A stretch of DNA of 64,000 nucleotides from Candidatus Nitrospinota bacterium M3_3B_026 (GCA_051418015.1 JBPRGF010000033.1:320001-384000); one strand, 5' to 3'. Positions 30,167-40,395 are shown, numbered from the stretch's first letter. A program made the numbers and translations. Notes: generated by a model from the sequence alone, not told the origin.

Positions 30167-31990
30167 TCAGGCCACGGTCACGGACTTGGCCAGCGACCTG
30201 GGCCTGTCTATGTTTCGTTTCAGCGTGGTGGCGATATAGTACGAAAGAAGCTGCGCCACCACCATCTCCAGGAAGGGGGCCGTGAACATGGGAGTTTTCG
30301 GCAGGGCTATCTGGTCGGAGAAGGGCAGCCTTTTGGACTTCGCCGGCTCGAAGGTGATGCCGAGGACATAGCCGCCCCTGGCCCTGATCTCCTCCGCGGA
30401 GGAGAGGGTCAGATCGTAAAGCTTCTTGTTCTCCCGGGGAGGCATGAAAACCACGGAGTTCAGGTCATCATCGATCAAGGCTATCGTCCCGTGCTTCAGG
30501 AATCCGCTCGGCATCCCCTCCGCATGGACATAGGCCACCTCCTTCATCTTGAGGGCCGACTCCATGGCGATGGGATAATAGCGCCCCTTGCCGAGCAGCA
30601 GCCAGTGGCGGATATGGCTGTGCTCCCTGGCTATGTTATGGATGAATCCGGACTTTTCGTTCAACAGTTTTTCGATGGCCTTAGGCATCGAGCGCAGCTC
30701 CCGGTTGTGGGCGTTGTAGTCCCGCTTTGTCAGAGTCCCCGTCATCAGGCCCGCTTCCAGGGCGATCCGTGAAAGGATGACCATCTGCGATAGCGCCGCC
30801 TTCGTGCTTATGACGCATATCTCCGGACCGGAGCCCTGCAGGATCAGGTGGTCCACCATCCTTGCTATGGACGAGCCCATGACGTTCACAATGGCGGCGG
30901 TGGCGGCGCCTTGTCTCTTCGCGTGGCGCAGCGCGGTGATGGTGTCGTAGGTCTCGCCGGACTGGGAGCAGGCCAGCACCATCGTGTCCGCGCCGGTGTG
31001 AGCCAGGAAGGTAAACTCGTCAGAGGAGACTATGTTGGGCGCGATCCCGGCGTATCTGCTGAAGTAGTACTGGCCGAATTGGGAGACATAGAACGTCGTC
31101 CCCACGCCGGTGAGGTATATCTCCTTTCTCCTCACGATCTCCCCGGCGATTTCGCGGATCTTCTCCACGCCGAGGTCCATGGCGTTTTTCACCACCTGCG
31201 GCTGCTCGTGAATTTCTTTGAGCATGTAGTGGGGAAACCCGCCCTTCTGGGCCATCTCGGAGTCCCACAGAATGTCCTGGGCGGCCCTGGAGATCGTCTC
31301 GCCGGTAGCCAGGCTCTTCAGCGAGTAGTTGTCGGAGGTGATGACGGCGTACTCGTCGTCGTCCATTATCACCGCGCGTTTCGTGTGGTTGATGAAAGCG
31401 TTGAAATCCGACCCGATGTAGTTCGCGTCCGCCCCGAGGCCGATGATAAGCGGGCTCTCCTTCCTGGCGCAGTATATCCTGTCCGGCTCGTGGGCCGATA
31501 TCATGGCGATGGCGTATGTCCCTTCAAGGTCGTTGACGGCCGCCACGAACGCCTTCTCGACGGACTTCGTCTTCTTGTAGCTCTCCTCCAGGAGGTGCAC
31601 GATGACCTCCGTATCGGTCTCGGAGAGGAACTTGTGTTTTTTCTTTTCCAGCAGGGAGCGCAGCCGCGAGTAGTTCGAGATTATCCCGTTGTGGGTTAGA
31701 GAAAACATCCCGTCGCAGGAGGTGTGGGGATGGGCGTTGGCCTTGGTCACGCCGCCGTGCGTAGCCCACCGGGTGTGAGCGATGCCGACGTTGCCGGTCA
31801 GCTCGGAGAGCCTTTCCTTATGCCGGACCTCTTCCACGGAGCCTATGTTCTTGCGGACCATGGTCTTCAGCGATCCGTTCATCAGGGCGACCCCGCACGA
31901 GTCGTAGCCGCGGTACTCCAGAAGCTTGATGGACTCGACGAGCCTGTCGGATATGTTATCCAGCGAGACTATGCCAGCGATACCGCACAT
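30167..31990 (-). CDS. glmS: Glutamine-fructose-6-phosphate transaminase
   Basis: MCGI, LEYRGYDS, HTRWATHG, SQSGET, KHG, LAKSVTV. Confidence 0.96.
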   Translation of the reverse strand: MCGIAGIVSLDNISDRLVESIKLLEYRGYDSCGVALMNGSLKTMVRKNIGSVEEVRHKERLSELTGNVGIAHTRWATHGGVTKANAHPHTSCDGMFSLTHNGIISNYSRLRSLLEKKKHKFLSETDTEVIVHLLEESYKKTKSVEKAFVAAVNDLEGTYAIAMISAHEPDRIYCARKESPLIIGLGADANYIGSDFNAFINHTKRAVIMDDDEYAVITSDNYSLKSLATGETISRAAQDILWDSEMAQKGGFPHYMLKEIHEQPQVVKNAMDLGVEKIREIAGEIVRRKEIYLTGVGTTFYVSQFGQYYFSRYAGIAPNIVSSDEFTFLAHTGADTMVLACSQSGETYDTITALRHAKRQGAATAAIVNVMGSSIARMVDHLILQGSGPEICVISTKAALSQMVILSRIALEAGLMTGTLTKRDYNAHNRELRSMPKAIEKLLNEKSGFIHNIAREHSHIRHWLLLGKGRYYPIAMESALKMKEVAYVHAEGMPSGFLKHGTIALIDDDLNSVVFMPPRENKKLYDLTLSSAEEIRARGGYVLGITFEPAKSKRLPFSDQIALPKTPMFTAPFLEMVVAQLLSYYIATTLKRNIDRPRSLAKSVTVA

Positions 31991-32005
31991 GACGCCAGTT
32001 TGAGG

Positions 32006-33217
32006 CTATGTCCTTTTGGGGTTGGAATAGTTGTGCTCTATCATGGAGCCGGCCTCGAGTATCACGCCGGGCGCGAGGGTATTCGACGCGCCCACCACGG
32101 CGCCGTCGCCTATGAAGGCGCCCAGCTTGTCGATGCCGGTGTCCACTTTCCTGTTCTTTATCCTGACGGATACCGGCTTCTGGGAAACGTAGCGGTTCAG
32201 CGTCATGGTGTCCGCCCCGACATCCACGTTCTCCCCTATGACGGAGTCACCGATGAAGGAGAGCCTCCCAACGACGGCGCCGGGAAATATCACGCAGTTT
32301 TTCAGCTCCGCCCCCTGTCCCACAACGGCTCTCTCCCCGACGCAGGAGAAGGGGCGTATCAGCGCGTTGTGGCCTATGAAGCTGCCGGGGCCGATGTAGG
32401 CCGGGCCCTGGAGAACGGCGCCGGGCATTATCTCCACCCCTTTGGATATGACCACCGGGCCCCTCAACAGAACGCCCGGAGGCGCCTCGACGCTCTCGTG
32501 GACGACGGCGCTCTTCCACATGCCCATGATGGTCCTGTTGGCGGTCAGTATGTCCCATGGATAGGCCATGTCGAGCCAGTCGTCCTCCCATATGGAGGCG
32601 TGGAGGGTCTCCTTGCGGATGAGCGCCCCGAGGGCTTTTTCCATGTTCCCGCCGGCTTTCTCTAGATAATTGAAGAACCGGACAGGCAGGGCGAACACCC
32701 CGGCGAAAACATAGTTGCCGAGCCCTTTTTCCTTCATCGGTTTCTCGATGAACTTTGTGATACGTGCGTCCTTGTCGAAATAGACGTTGCCGTACTTCTC
32801 GCCGGATATGGCGTGGCAGACCGCGGCGGTGGGCTCGCCGCTCAGGGCGAAGGACTGCAGCGTCACGCTGAATATGTTGGAGGCGGCCAGCGTGTCGCCG
32901 TAGACGAGCAGGAAATGCTCACCCTTGGTGAACCTGTCCTTCGCGGCGAGGATGGCCTGCCCTATGCCACGCGGCCTGCCCTGGTCGATGAAATGGATCG
33001 ACAGCCCGGAGGGATGGTCCTCCCCCACGTGGCGGCGCAGCATGTCGCCCTTGTGGCCTATGACCATGTTCACGAGGCTTACGCCCGCTTCCTTGAGCTG
33101 GTCCAGCAGGTGGTCGACCAGGTACCTTCCCGCCACGGGGATCATCAAGTTGGGCCGCGTGGCGGAGAAGGGGGCCATGTTCGCGCCGCGACCGGCTGCC
33201 AGAACCAGAGCTTTCAT
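32006..33217 (-). CDS. Archaeal-type bifunctional GlmU-like protein with degenerate catalytic motifs
   Basis: NTP-transferase fold (LAAGRG, YGD, EKP, WLDMAYPWD) plus hexapeptide domain (ELKNC, KLGAFIGD). Confidence 0.8.
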   Translation of the reverse strand: MKALVLAAGRGANMAPFSATRPNLMIPVAGRYLVDHLLDQLKEAGVSLVNMVIGHKGDMLRRHVGEDHPSGLSIHFIDQGRPRGIGQAILAAKDRFTKGEHFLLVYGDTLAASNIFSVTLQSFALSGEPTAAVCHAISGEKYGNVYFDKDARITKFIEKPMKEKGLGNYVFAGVFALPVRFFNYLEKAGGNMEKALGALIRKETLHASIWEDDWLDMAYPWDILTANRTIMGMWKSAVVHESVEAPPGVLLRGPVVISKGVEIMPGAVLQGPAYIGPGSFIGHNALIRPFSCVGERAVVGQGAELKNCVIFPGAVVGRLSFIGDSVIGENVDVGADTMTLNRYVSQKPVSVRIKNRKVDTGIDKLGAFIGDGAVVGASNTLAPGVILEAGSMIEHNYSNPKRT

Positions 33218-33285
33218 ATCAGCAATTCAGAACCTTATCCATGTAAACCGCGATTATAATTCCCACGGGCCGAAAAGAGCAACTT

Positions 33286-34047
33286 TCACGAAACCCTCTC
33301 CCGCGCCGCAAGCAGCTTTTCCATCTTCTCAAGGTCCTCGACGGTGTTGGCCCCCATGACCTCAACCGGATCCCGCGTCTTCACGGCGGCGGCGCCATCC
33401 CCGCGCCGGACGGCGATATCTATCAGGTCCGGAAGGTAGTATTCACCCTGGGCGTTGTCGTTGTCCAGCTTATCCAGCGTGGCAAACAGAAAGGAGCTTT
33501 TGAAAACGTAGACGCCGCTGTTGACCTCCCGGACGCCAAGATGCTCAGGCGACGCGTCCCCCGCCTCCACGATGGCGGCGATCCGCTCTCCGTCCCGGAT
33601 GACCCTGCCGTAGGCTCCGGGGTCCTCCGGCTCGAACGTAAGAACGGAGACGGCGGCGCCGGACCTCCTGTGGCTGCCCAAAAGGCCGTTCAACGTCTCC
33701 GGGCGTATGAGGGGCGCGTCGCTCGACAGAACCAGGACGTCGCCCTCGAACCCGGCAAGGGCGCCGCGCGCCTGGGCCACGGCGTGGCCTGTCCCAAGCT
33801 GGGGCTCCTGGACGGCGAACCGGACGCCGGGCGAGGCCGCCTCTTTCATTACCATTTCTTTCTTGTGACCCACAACAACAACAATCCTGTCGTGGGGAAT
33901 CGCCCTTGCCGTATCGAGCAGGCGGGCGAGCATCGGCTTGCCGCCAAGGGGCAGGAGTGCCTTGGGAAGGGTGGACTTCATTCTCGTGCCCTTGCCCGCT
34001 GCCATTATCACTATGGCGGTCTTCCCGCCGCCGCCGTCGTCGCTCAT
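33286..34047 (-). CDS. GlmU N-terminal (uridyltransferase) domain-only protein
   Basis: AAGKGTRMKSTLPK, QLGTGHAV, YGRVIR, EVNSGVY, NAQGEYYL.D, GAN; ends at the domain linker; GGAGG RBS. Confidence 0.88.
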   Translation of the reverse strand: MSDDGGGGKTAIVIMAAGKGTRMKSTLPKALLPLGGKPMLARLLDTARAIPHDRIVVVVGHKKEMVMKEAASPGVRFAVQEPQLGTGHAVAQARGALAGFEGDVLVLSSDAPLIRPETLNGLLGSHRRSGAAVSVLTFEPEDPGAYGRVIRDGERIAAIVEAGDASPEHLGVREVNSGVYVFKSSFLFATLDKLDNDNAQGEYYLPDLIDIAVRRGDGAAAVKTRDPVEVMGANTVEDLEKMEKLLAARERVS

Positions 34048-34076
34048 CAAAAAAGCCTCCGTCATGCGATCATGTG

Positions 34077-34105
34077 ATTATATCCAGTGGGGAGAACGCG
34101 GACAA
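34077..34105 (-). promoter_or_regulatory. Sigma70-type promoter of the amino-sugar cluster
   Basis: Minus strand TTGTCC-17-TATAAT. Confidence 0.65.
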
Positions 34106-34327
34106 TGAGCCGCTTCCGGGGAAGGCTTCCAGGTTTGGAAAAATCAAGGTCCTTCACGTCGCGGCGAAGACGCCGCTCGTTCAGGACGACAGTGTTTCGA
34201 GGAATCCGTGACTCTCCGGCGTCCCGGGTTTCAAGAGAGGGACCCTGTCTTTTATGGGAAAATCCAAACCGGGCCACTGCTCCGATGAGCGGCGGATATA
34301 ATGTTCGCCGGAAGATAAGGACCGAAG

Positions 34328-35332
34328 ATGAAAATACTGGTGTACGAGTTTTTCCTGGCCGGGCTCTGGCGCGATGATCCGCGCCGCTGGAGCGAGGCTT
34401 TCGTGGAGAGCGCGGCGGTGGAGGGCATGGCGATGCTGAGGGCGGCGTTTTCTGACCTTTTGCGGGCGGGCGTCGAGGCGTGGTCCATCATCCATGAGGA
34501 CTTCGGGGAGGCGGTGGGGAGCCTTTCCGGTGTCGAGGTCGTATCCTCCCGTTATGGCTCCACAATGAAAATCATCGAGGACGCTATCGAGGCCAGCGGC
34601 GCCGTCATGACGATCGCGCCGGAGATCGGCGGGCGCCTTGGCGATCTTGTGAGTCTCGCGGAGAGCAGGGGTAAAGCAATTCTCGGCTCATCAGCGCAAG
34701 CCATCCGCGCCGCCGGGGACAAGCTCCTTTTCGCCGGGATCATGGACAGACATAAGATTCCACATCCGAGGACTTTTCCACTCAACGGCGCGGGAGCGCG
34801 TTTCAAGGGGGCGTGGGTCAGCAAGCCAAGGCGCGGCGCAGGGTCCAGCGGGATCGTGAAACATCATGGAGACGCGGCGGCGCCGGATGCCGCGGACCCG
34901 GTATGCGGCGAGCTGATCGCCCAGGAGCTTGTCGAAGGCGAGACGATGAGCCTGTCCGTCGTATCTTCGGAGAAGGAAAGCGTGATACTGTCGGTGAACA
35001 GGCAGGCGCTCTCGGAAAATCATGAATACACCGGCGGGACCATACTGGACGTGGAGCCGTGGCCGGAGCTTGCGGATATGGCGCGGCGGCTGAAAGAGGC
35101 GATCCCGGGCCTGAATGGATACTGGGGCGCCGATTATCTCCAGACCGCCGCCGGGCCGGTGGTGATAGAGGTTAACCCGAGGCTTACCACTTCGTATGCG
35201 GCTCTCTCCCGCGCGCTCGATGTAAACCCGGCCGAGGCGATCCTCGCGGCGGCGTTTCAAAGACCGTTGCCCGCTGTTTCGGGGCGAAGGGAAATCGTCT
35301 TCCGCAGGGATGGGGGTCTTTTGGAATCATGA
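34328..35332 (+). CDS. ATP-grasp protein, MfnD (tyramine-glutamate ligase)-like
   Basis: MKILVYEF, EG.AML, IAPE, DK, KPRRGAGS, LSVNRQ, IEVNPRLTTSY. Confidence 0.75.
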   Translation: MKILVYEFFLAGLWRDDPRRWSEAFVESAAVEGMAMLRAAFSDLLRAGVEAWSIIHEDFGEAVGSLSGVEVVSSRYGSTMKIIEDAIEASGAVMTIAPEIGGRLGDLVSLAESRGKAILGSSAQAIRAAGDKLLFAGIMDRHKIPHPRTFPLNGAGARFKGAWVSKPRRGAGSSGIVKHHGDAAAPDAADPVCGELIAQELVEGETMSLSVVSSEKESVILSVNRQALSENHEYTGGTILDVEPWPELADMARRLKEAIPGLNGYWGADYLQTAAGPVVIEVNPRLTTSYAALSRALDVNPAEAILAAAFQRPLPAVSGRREIVFRRDGGLLES

Positions 35333-36333
35333 GAGTCCTGGGGCTGGACGTCGGCGGGGCGCATGTCAAGTACGCGCTCTATGTCATGGGGGCGGAGAGG
35401 CTCCCGGAGCGCGGGACCCTGCCTTTCGAGATTTTCCGCGAACAAGAGATACTCTCAGCGTTGCTTAAAAAAACGCGGGAAGAGACACGGCCGGACGCTG
35501 TTGCGCTCACGATGACGGGGGAGCTTTCCGACGTCTTCAGGACGCGGCGCGAGGGCGCTCGATGGATAGTGAGGACGGGCCGGGAGGCCATGCGCCCGCT
35601 CCCTCTGAAGGTCGTGGACGTGGACGGGGCGCTCGTCGATCCCTCAAGAGCCATGCGCGAATGGGCCGCCGTGGCGTCGGCCAACTGGGCCGCCGTGGCG
35701 CGATGGGTCAGCCGCCATGTCCGGGACTGCCTGGTGGTCGACATCGGCTCCACCACCGTGGACATCCTGCCGGTCAAAAACGGCGAGCCAGCGGCGCGGG
35801 GAAGAACCGACCTTGAGAGGCTCATGACCGGCGAGCTTTTGTACACCGGCTATCTGCGGACGAACGCGGCGTTCGTCCTCCCGGAGGTCATGGTGAGAGG
35901 ACGGAGGACGCGGACATGCCCGGAGCATTTCGCGATCATGGGCGATATTCATCTTTACCTCGGCGACATGGGGCCGAAGGACTACACCACGTCCACCCCC
36001 GACGGGCGGGCGAAATCGAAGAGAGCAGCGGGGGAGAGGATCGCAAGGCTCGTCCTTTCCGAGGCGGCCGAACTCGGCGGGGACGAGATAAGAAAAATCG
36101 CGGCGCAGGCGAGTCAGGCTCAGGCTAGACGGATCACGGACGCCGTAATGAAGGTTTTAATATCGCAACGCCTCCGGGACGCGCCTGTCATCCTGACGGG
36201 GCCGGGAGGGAGGATTTACCGGGACGCGCTGCGGGCGAGTATTAGCGTAAAGACGCTGGAGAGGGTAGGGCGAACGCCAGCGGGGAGGATCGACCCCGCC
36301 GCCTGCGCGGCGGCGCTGTGGGAGCAGTTATGA
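35329..36333 (+). CDS. Hydantoinase/oxoprolinase-family protein, MfnF-like (H4MPT-linked C1 pathway)
   Basis: GLDVGGAHVK, TMTGELSD.F, VASANW.A, DIGSTT.DI, TDLERL..GEL.YTG..RT, TPDGR. Confidence 0.82.
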   Translation: MRVLGLDVGGAHVKYALYVMGAERLPERGTLPFEIFREQEILSALLKKTREETRPDAVALTMTGELSDVFRTRREGARWIVRTGREAMRPLPLKVVDVDGALVDPSRAMREWAAVASANWAAVARWVSRHVRDCLVVDIGSTTVDILPVKNGEPAARGRTDLERLMTGELLYTGYLRTNAAFVLPEVMVRGRRTRTCPEHFAIMGDIHLYLGDMGPKDYTTSTPDGRAKSKRAAGERIARLVLSEAAELGGDEIRKIAAQASQAQARRITDAVMKVLISQRLRDAPVILTGPGGRIYRDALRASISVKTLERVGRTPAGRIDPAACAAALWEQL

Positions 36334-37059
36334 AGCGCCGCCTGCCTCCTGGTAGGCCTCCCAGATCATCGGCCATCCCTTTTTCACTATCCGGGCCATG
36401 ACCTCGGCGTAGTCGCGGATTTCTTTCTGCGCGTCGGGCGCGAGGCGCAGGCTGAAGTAGTGCAGGAGATTGCGCATGTCCATTGTCCAGATGATCTGCG
36501 TGTAGGCCGAAACCGGCAGAACGACGCGCGCCTGCTCCCGCGCCACGCCGAGCTCGATCAGTTTTTTGTACGTCGTGTAGGCTTGGTGGTTCGCGGTGTC
36601 GATGAGCGTTCTCGCCTTGTCGGCCACTTCCTCCCCCAGCGGCCCGGCGCTCATCTGCTTGTTTGTCCTGTGCTGGGAGCGCACGTCGTCCTTGGCCGGG
36701 GCGTAGAACATCTCCGGGCATTCGGTGTAGCGGAACGACCATTCGTTCAGGCTGGCGGTGCGGTGCCGCACGTGCTGGCGCATGACGAAGATGGGCAGCC
36801 GCACCCGGAAGGTGACCACCACCATCTCGTAAGGCGACGTGTGGCGGTCTCCCCACAACCTTTTTATGAGCCGCCTGTCCGCCTCTTCGTCCTTGCCTTC
36901 GCTTCGCTGGTAGGAGGTCCTGGCGGCCCGGGCGACTGTCCTGTCGTCGCCGAGATAGTCCACAAGCTCCACCTCGCCGTGGGTGTGCACTTTGTGGACG
37001 CGGCCCAGCTCCTCCTCGGCGCCTGGGCTTATGGCGCGGCTGGTCTGGTTTTCTCTCAA
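36328..37059 (-). CDS. thyX: FAD-dependent thymidylate synthase
   Basis: AAR.SY, HTSPYE, RHRTASLNEWS.RY, AREQAR, AQ.EIR. Confidence 0.95.
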   Translation of the reverse strand: MRENQTSRAISPGAEEELGRVHKVHTHGEVELVDYLGDDRTVARAARTSYQRSEGKDEEADRRLIKRLWGDRHTSPYEMVVVTFRVRLPIFVMRQHVRHRTASLNEWSFRYTECPEMFYAPAKDDVRSQHRTNKQMSAGPLGEEVADKARTLIDTANHQAYTTYKKLIELGVAREQARVVLPVSAYTQIIWTMDMRNLLHYFSLRLAPDAQKEIRDYAEVMARIVKKGWPMIWEAYQEAGGAS

Positions 37060-37174
37060 TATCTTTGCTCTTCGTCCTTGCTGATAAGCGAGGATGTTAC
37101 TCCTTTTCGCGGCCCGCCGTCCAGAGCCTCAGCCCGCGGGCGCCGGCCCAGCCAGGGAAAACCTGAACCGGACA

Positions 37175-38581
37175 CTATCGGCCCGCGCCCGCCCCGGCAT
37201 ATTCGGCGGCGGATCTTATCAGCGCAAGACACTTCTCCCTTCCCATGGCGGCCATCACCTCGAAAAGGCCGGGGCTGACGGTCCCGCCGGTCAGCGCCAC
37301 CCGCGTCGGCTGGGCGAGGTTTTTGAGCTTTAAACCCTTCTCGTCCAGCAGGGCGCGAAATTCTTTTTCGATATCCTCCCCGGATCCGAAGTCCACCTTC
37401 TCGAGCCTCTCCGCAAGCTCCTTCAACACCGGGGCTATCTCGGGCTTCAAGAACTTTTTGGCGGCCTTCTCGTCATACTCCACTCTGTCCGTGAAAAAGC
37501 AGACCATCCCCGCGGCAAGCTCCTCGGCCGTCCTGGCGCGCTGGCGCAGCATGGGAAGCAACGGCTTTATGCCGGCCTCGTCCGCCTCAATATTCCTTTT
37601 CTTCAAAAATTCTTCGGCCAGCGCGGAGAGCTGATCCTCCGGGGCCATTTTTATGTGCTCCGCGTTGAGCCATATCAGCTTCTCTTCGTTGAAGGAGGCG
37701 GCGGACTTGGTGACGGCGTCGAGATCAAAAAGCTCCGCAAGCTCGGCGATCGTGAAAACCTCCCTGTCCCCGTGGCTCCAGCCAAGGCGGACAAGGTAGT
37801 TGAAAAGGGCGGAGGGCAGGATCCCCCTGTCGCGGTATTCCAGGACGGACAGCGCCCCGTGGCGCTTTGAAAGGCGTTTGCCGTCTGGCCCGAGGATCAT
37901 GGAGACGTGGGCGAACTTCGGCGGCTCGATGCCGAGCGCGTCGTAGATAACCGCCTGTCTTGGTGTGTTGGCCAGGTGGTCATCGCCGCGGATGACGTGG
38001 GTTATCTTCATTTCAGCGTCGTCCACCACCACGCAGAAGTTATAGGTCGGCGTCCCGTCGGCCCGGGCGATTATCATGTCGTCGAGTTGCTCGTTGTCGA
38101 ACCTTATGTATCCGCGCAAAAGGTCCTCCACGGCGGTGACGCCGGAGAGCGGCGTGGCGAAACGGACGACGTAGGGCTCGCCGATGTCGGCGGGGATGTT
38201 TTTGTTTCTGCACGTCCCGTCGTACTTGGGCTTTTTGCCGGCTTTCAGAAGCTGCTCGCGTTTTCGCTCCAGCTCCTCCTTCGGGCAGACGCACCGGTAG
38301 GCTTTGCCTTCGGCCAGCAGGCGGTCTATGTATTCCCTGTAGATATCCTGCCGCTCGGTCTGCCGATAGGGTCCCTCGTCGTGATCCATCCCCAGCCACT
38401 TCATGGACTCGATGATCTGGGCGATGGAGTCCTCGGTGGAGCGCTCGCGGTCTGTATCCTCTATCCGAAGGACAAAAATTCCGTCGTGGCGGCGGGCATA
38501 GAGCCAGTTGAAGATGGCCGTGCGGGCGCCGCCTATGTGCAGGTATCCCGTCGGGCTGGGGGCGAACCTCGTCCTTACCAT
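37175..38581 (-). CDS. gltX: Glutamate-tRNA ligase (canonical type)
   Basis: RFAPSPTGYLHIGG, IRGDDH, RLSKRHG, RVALTG..SPGLF. Confidence 0.96.
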   Translation of the reverse strand: MVRTRFAPSPTGYLHIGGARTAIFNWLYARRHDGIFVLRIEDTDRERSTEDSIAQIIESMKWLGMDHDEGPYRQTERQDIYREYIDRLLAEGKAYRCVCPKEELERKREQLLKAGKKPKYDGTCRNKNIPADIGEPYVVRFATPLSGVTAVEDLLRGYIRFDNEQLDDMIIARADGTPTYNFCVVVDDAEMKITHVIRGDDHLANTPRQAVIYDALGIEPPKFAHVSMILGPDGKRLSKRHGALSVLEYRDRGILPSALFNYLVRLGWSHGDREVFTIAELAELFDLDAVTKSAASFNEEKLIWLNAEHIKMAPEDQLSALAEEFLKKRNIEADEAGIKPLLPMLRQRARTAEELAAGMVCFFTDRVEYDEKAAKKFLKPEIAPVLKELAERLEKVDFGSGEDIEKEFRALLDEKGLKLKNLAQPTRVALTGGTVSPGLFEVMAAMGREKCLALIRSAAEYAGAGAGR

Positions 38582-38587
38582 CGGGCG

Positions 38588-40363
38588 CTAAAGGTCCCTC
38601 TTTATGCCGAGTTCCTTGAGCTGTTTCCTGTCCACCTCCGCCGGGGCCTCCGTGAGCAGGCAGAAGGCTTTTTGGGTTTTCGGGAAGGCTATGACATCGC
38701 GAATTGACTCGGATTCGGTCAATATCGCCATCAGCCTGTCCACGCCGAAGGCGATGCCCCCGTGCGGCGGCGCGCCATACTCCAGCGCATCGAGCAGGAA
38801 GCCGAACTTGGCGCGGGCCTCGTCGGCGCCGATGCCGAGGGCGGCGAACATCTTTTTCTGGACCTCCCTGTCGTGGATGCGGATGGAGCCGCCGCCTATC
38901 TCCACCCCGTTCAGGGCCAGGTCGTAGGAGCGGGCCCGCATCTTCAGCGGGTCGGCGCCGAACAGGGGAATGTCCTCCTCCACCGGCGACGTGAAGGGGT
39001 GATGCAGCGCCACGCTGCGTTTCTCGTTCTCGTCGTATTCGAGCAACGGAAAATCCGTCACCCAGACGAAGCTGTAGACCGAGTCGTCGATAAGACCCAG
39101 CTTGCGGCCGAGGGAGGCTCGAAGAAAACCCAGGACTGACGGCGCGACGCTTTTCTTGTCGGCGACGAAAACGATCAGGTCGCCCTCCTTCGCCCCCGTG
39201 GCGGACTTGAAGTTATCGAGGACCTCCGGCGTGAAGAACTTCGTTATCGACGACACAAAACCCTCGTCCGTAACCTTTATCCAGGCCAGCCCTTTGGCCC
39301 CGTGGACTTTTGCTTCTTCTATAAGGTCGTCGATCTCCCTGCGGGAGGCACCGGCCATGCCGGGGACGGCCATGGCGCGGACGGTCCCGCCGCCGCCGAC
39401 GGCGTCCTTGAAAACCTTGAAGCCGGACTCCGCCGCCGCTTCGGAGACGTCGGCAAGCTCCATGCCGAACCGGGTGTCCGGCCTGTCGGAGCCGAACCTG
39501 TCCATGGCCTCTTTATGGGTCAGCCGCGCGAAAGGTTTTTGGAGTTTAATCCCGACGGCCGCCTCGAAGATGGCCGACATCATCCCTTCGCATATCTCCA
39601 TTATGAGGTCTTCGTCGGCGAAGGAAAGCTCCATGTCTATCTGGGTGAACTCCGGCTGGCGGTCTGCCCGCAGGTCCTCGTCGCGGAAGCACCGGGCGAC
39701 CTGGTAATACCTGTCCATCCCCGCCACCATGAGAAGCTGCTTGAAAAGCTGGGGCGACTGGGGCAGGGCGTAGAAATGTCCTGGGTTGAGGCGGCTCGGC
39801 ACAAGGTAGTCCCGCGCCCCTTCCGGAGTGGAACGGGTGAGCATCGGCGTTTCCACCTCAATGAACCCGGCGGCGTCGAGGTAGCCGCGGGCGGCCGCGA
39901 GGGCCTTGTGGCGCAGGATCAGGTTGCCGAGCAACGGCCCGCGCCTTATCTCCAGGTAGCGGTATTTCAGCCGCATGGCCTCGCTGGGGGTCTCGTCCTC
40001 CTCGATGACGAAAGGAGGGGTCTTCGATCTGCTCAACACCTCCGCGGTGTCGGCGTAGACTTCGATCTCTCCGGTCGGGATGTTCGAGTTTACCGTCCCC
40101 TCGGGCCTTCGGGAGACTTTTCCCTTGACGCGCAGCACCCACTCCGCGCGGACGGAGTGGGCCAGCTCGTGGGCGGCGGCGTCTATCTGTGGGTTCAGGA
40201 CGACCTGTGTCACGCCGGTCCTGTCCCAAAGGTCGACGAAGACGAGCCCGCCGTGGTCGCGCCTGCCGCGGACCCAGCCAGCCAGGGTCACCTCCCTGCC
40301 CGCGTCGTCCGGGCGCAGTTGGCCGAGCGTGTGTGTTCGTCGTTCGTTTCTATTGTCCGGCAT
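38588..40363 (-). CDS. aspS: Aspartate-tRNA ligase, probably non-discriminating
   Basis: [45 protein letters not shown]. Confidence 0.97.
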   Translation of the reverse strand: MPDNRNERRTHTLGQLRPDDAGREVTLAGWVRGRRDHGGLVFVDLWDRTGVTQVVLNPQIDAAAHELAHSVRAEWVLRVKGKVSRRPEGTVNSNIPTGEIEVYADTAEVLSRSKTPPFVIEEDETPSEAMRLKYRYLEIRRGPLLGNLILRHKALAAARGYLDAAGFIEVETPMLTRSTPEGARDYLVPSRLNPGHFYALPQSPQLFKQLLMVAGMDRYYQVARCFRDEDLRADRQPEFTQIDMELSFADEDLIMEICEGMMSAIFEAAVGIKLQKPFARLTHKEAMDRFGSDRPDTRFGMELADVSEAAAESGFKVFKDAVGGGGTVRAMAVPGMAGASRREIDDLIEEAKVHGAKGLAWIKVTDEGFVSSITKFFTPEVLDNFKSATGAKEGDLIVFVADKKSVAPSVLGFLRASLGRKLGLIDDSVYSFVWVTDFPLLEYDENEKRSVALHHPFTSPVEEDIPLFGADPLKMRARSYDLALNGVEIGGGSIRIHDREVQKKMFAALGIGADEARAKFGFLLDALEYGAPPHGGIAFGVDRLMAILTESESIRDVIAFPKTQKAFCLLTEAPAEVDRKQLKELGIKRDL

Positions 40364-40395
40364 CGCGTCCTGGAGAATTAAAAAGAAAGTCGTGG

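Noticed and set aside
31991..32005. glmS ribozyme
   Set aside because: Only a 15-bp gap upstream of glmS
33218..34047. Frameshifted glmU pseudogene
   Set aside because: Ends cleanly at the domain boundary, no C-terminal remnant in the 68-bp gap, and a separate acetyltransferase gene exists
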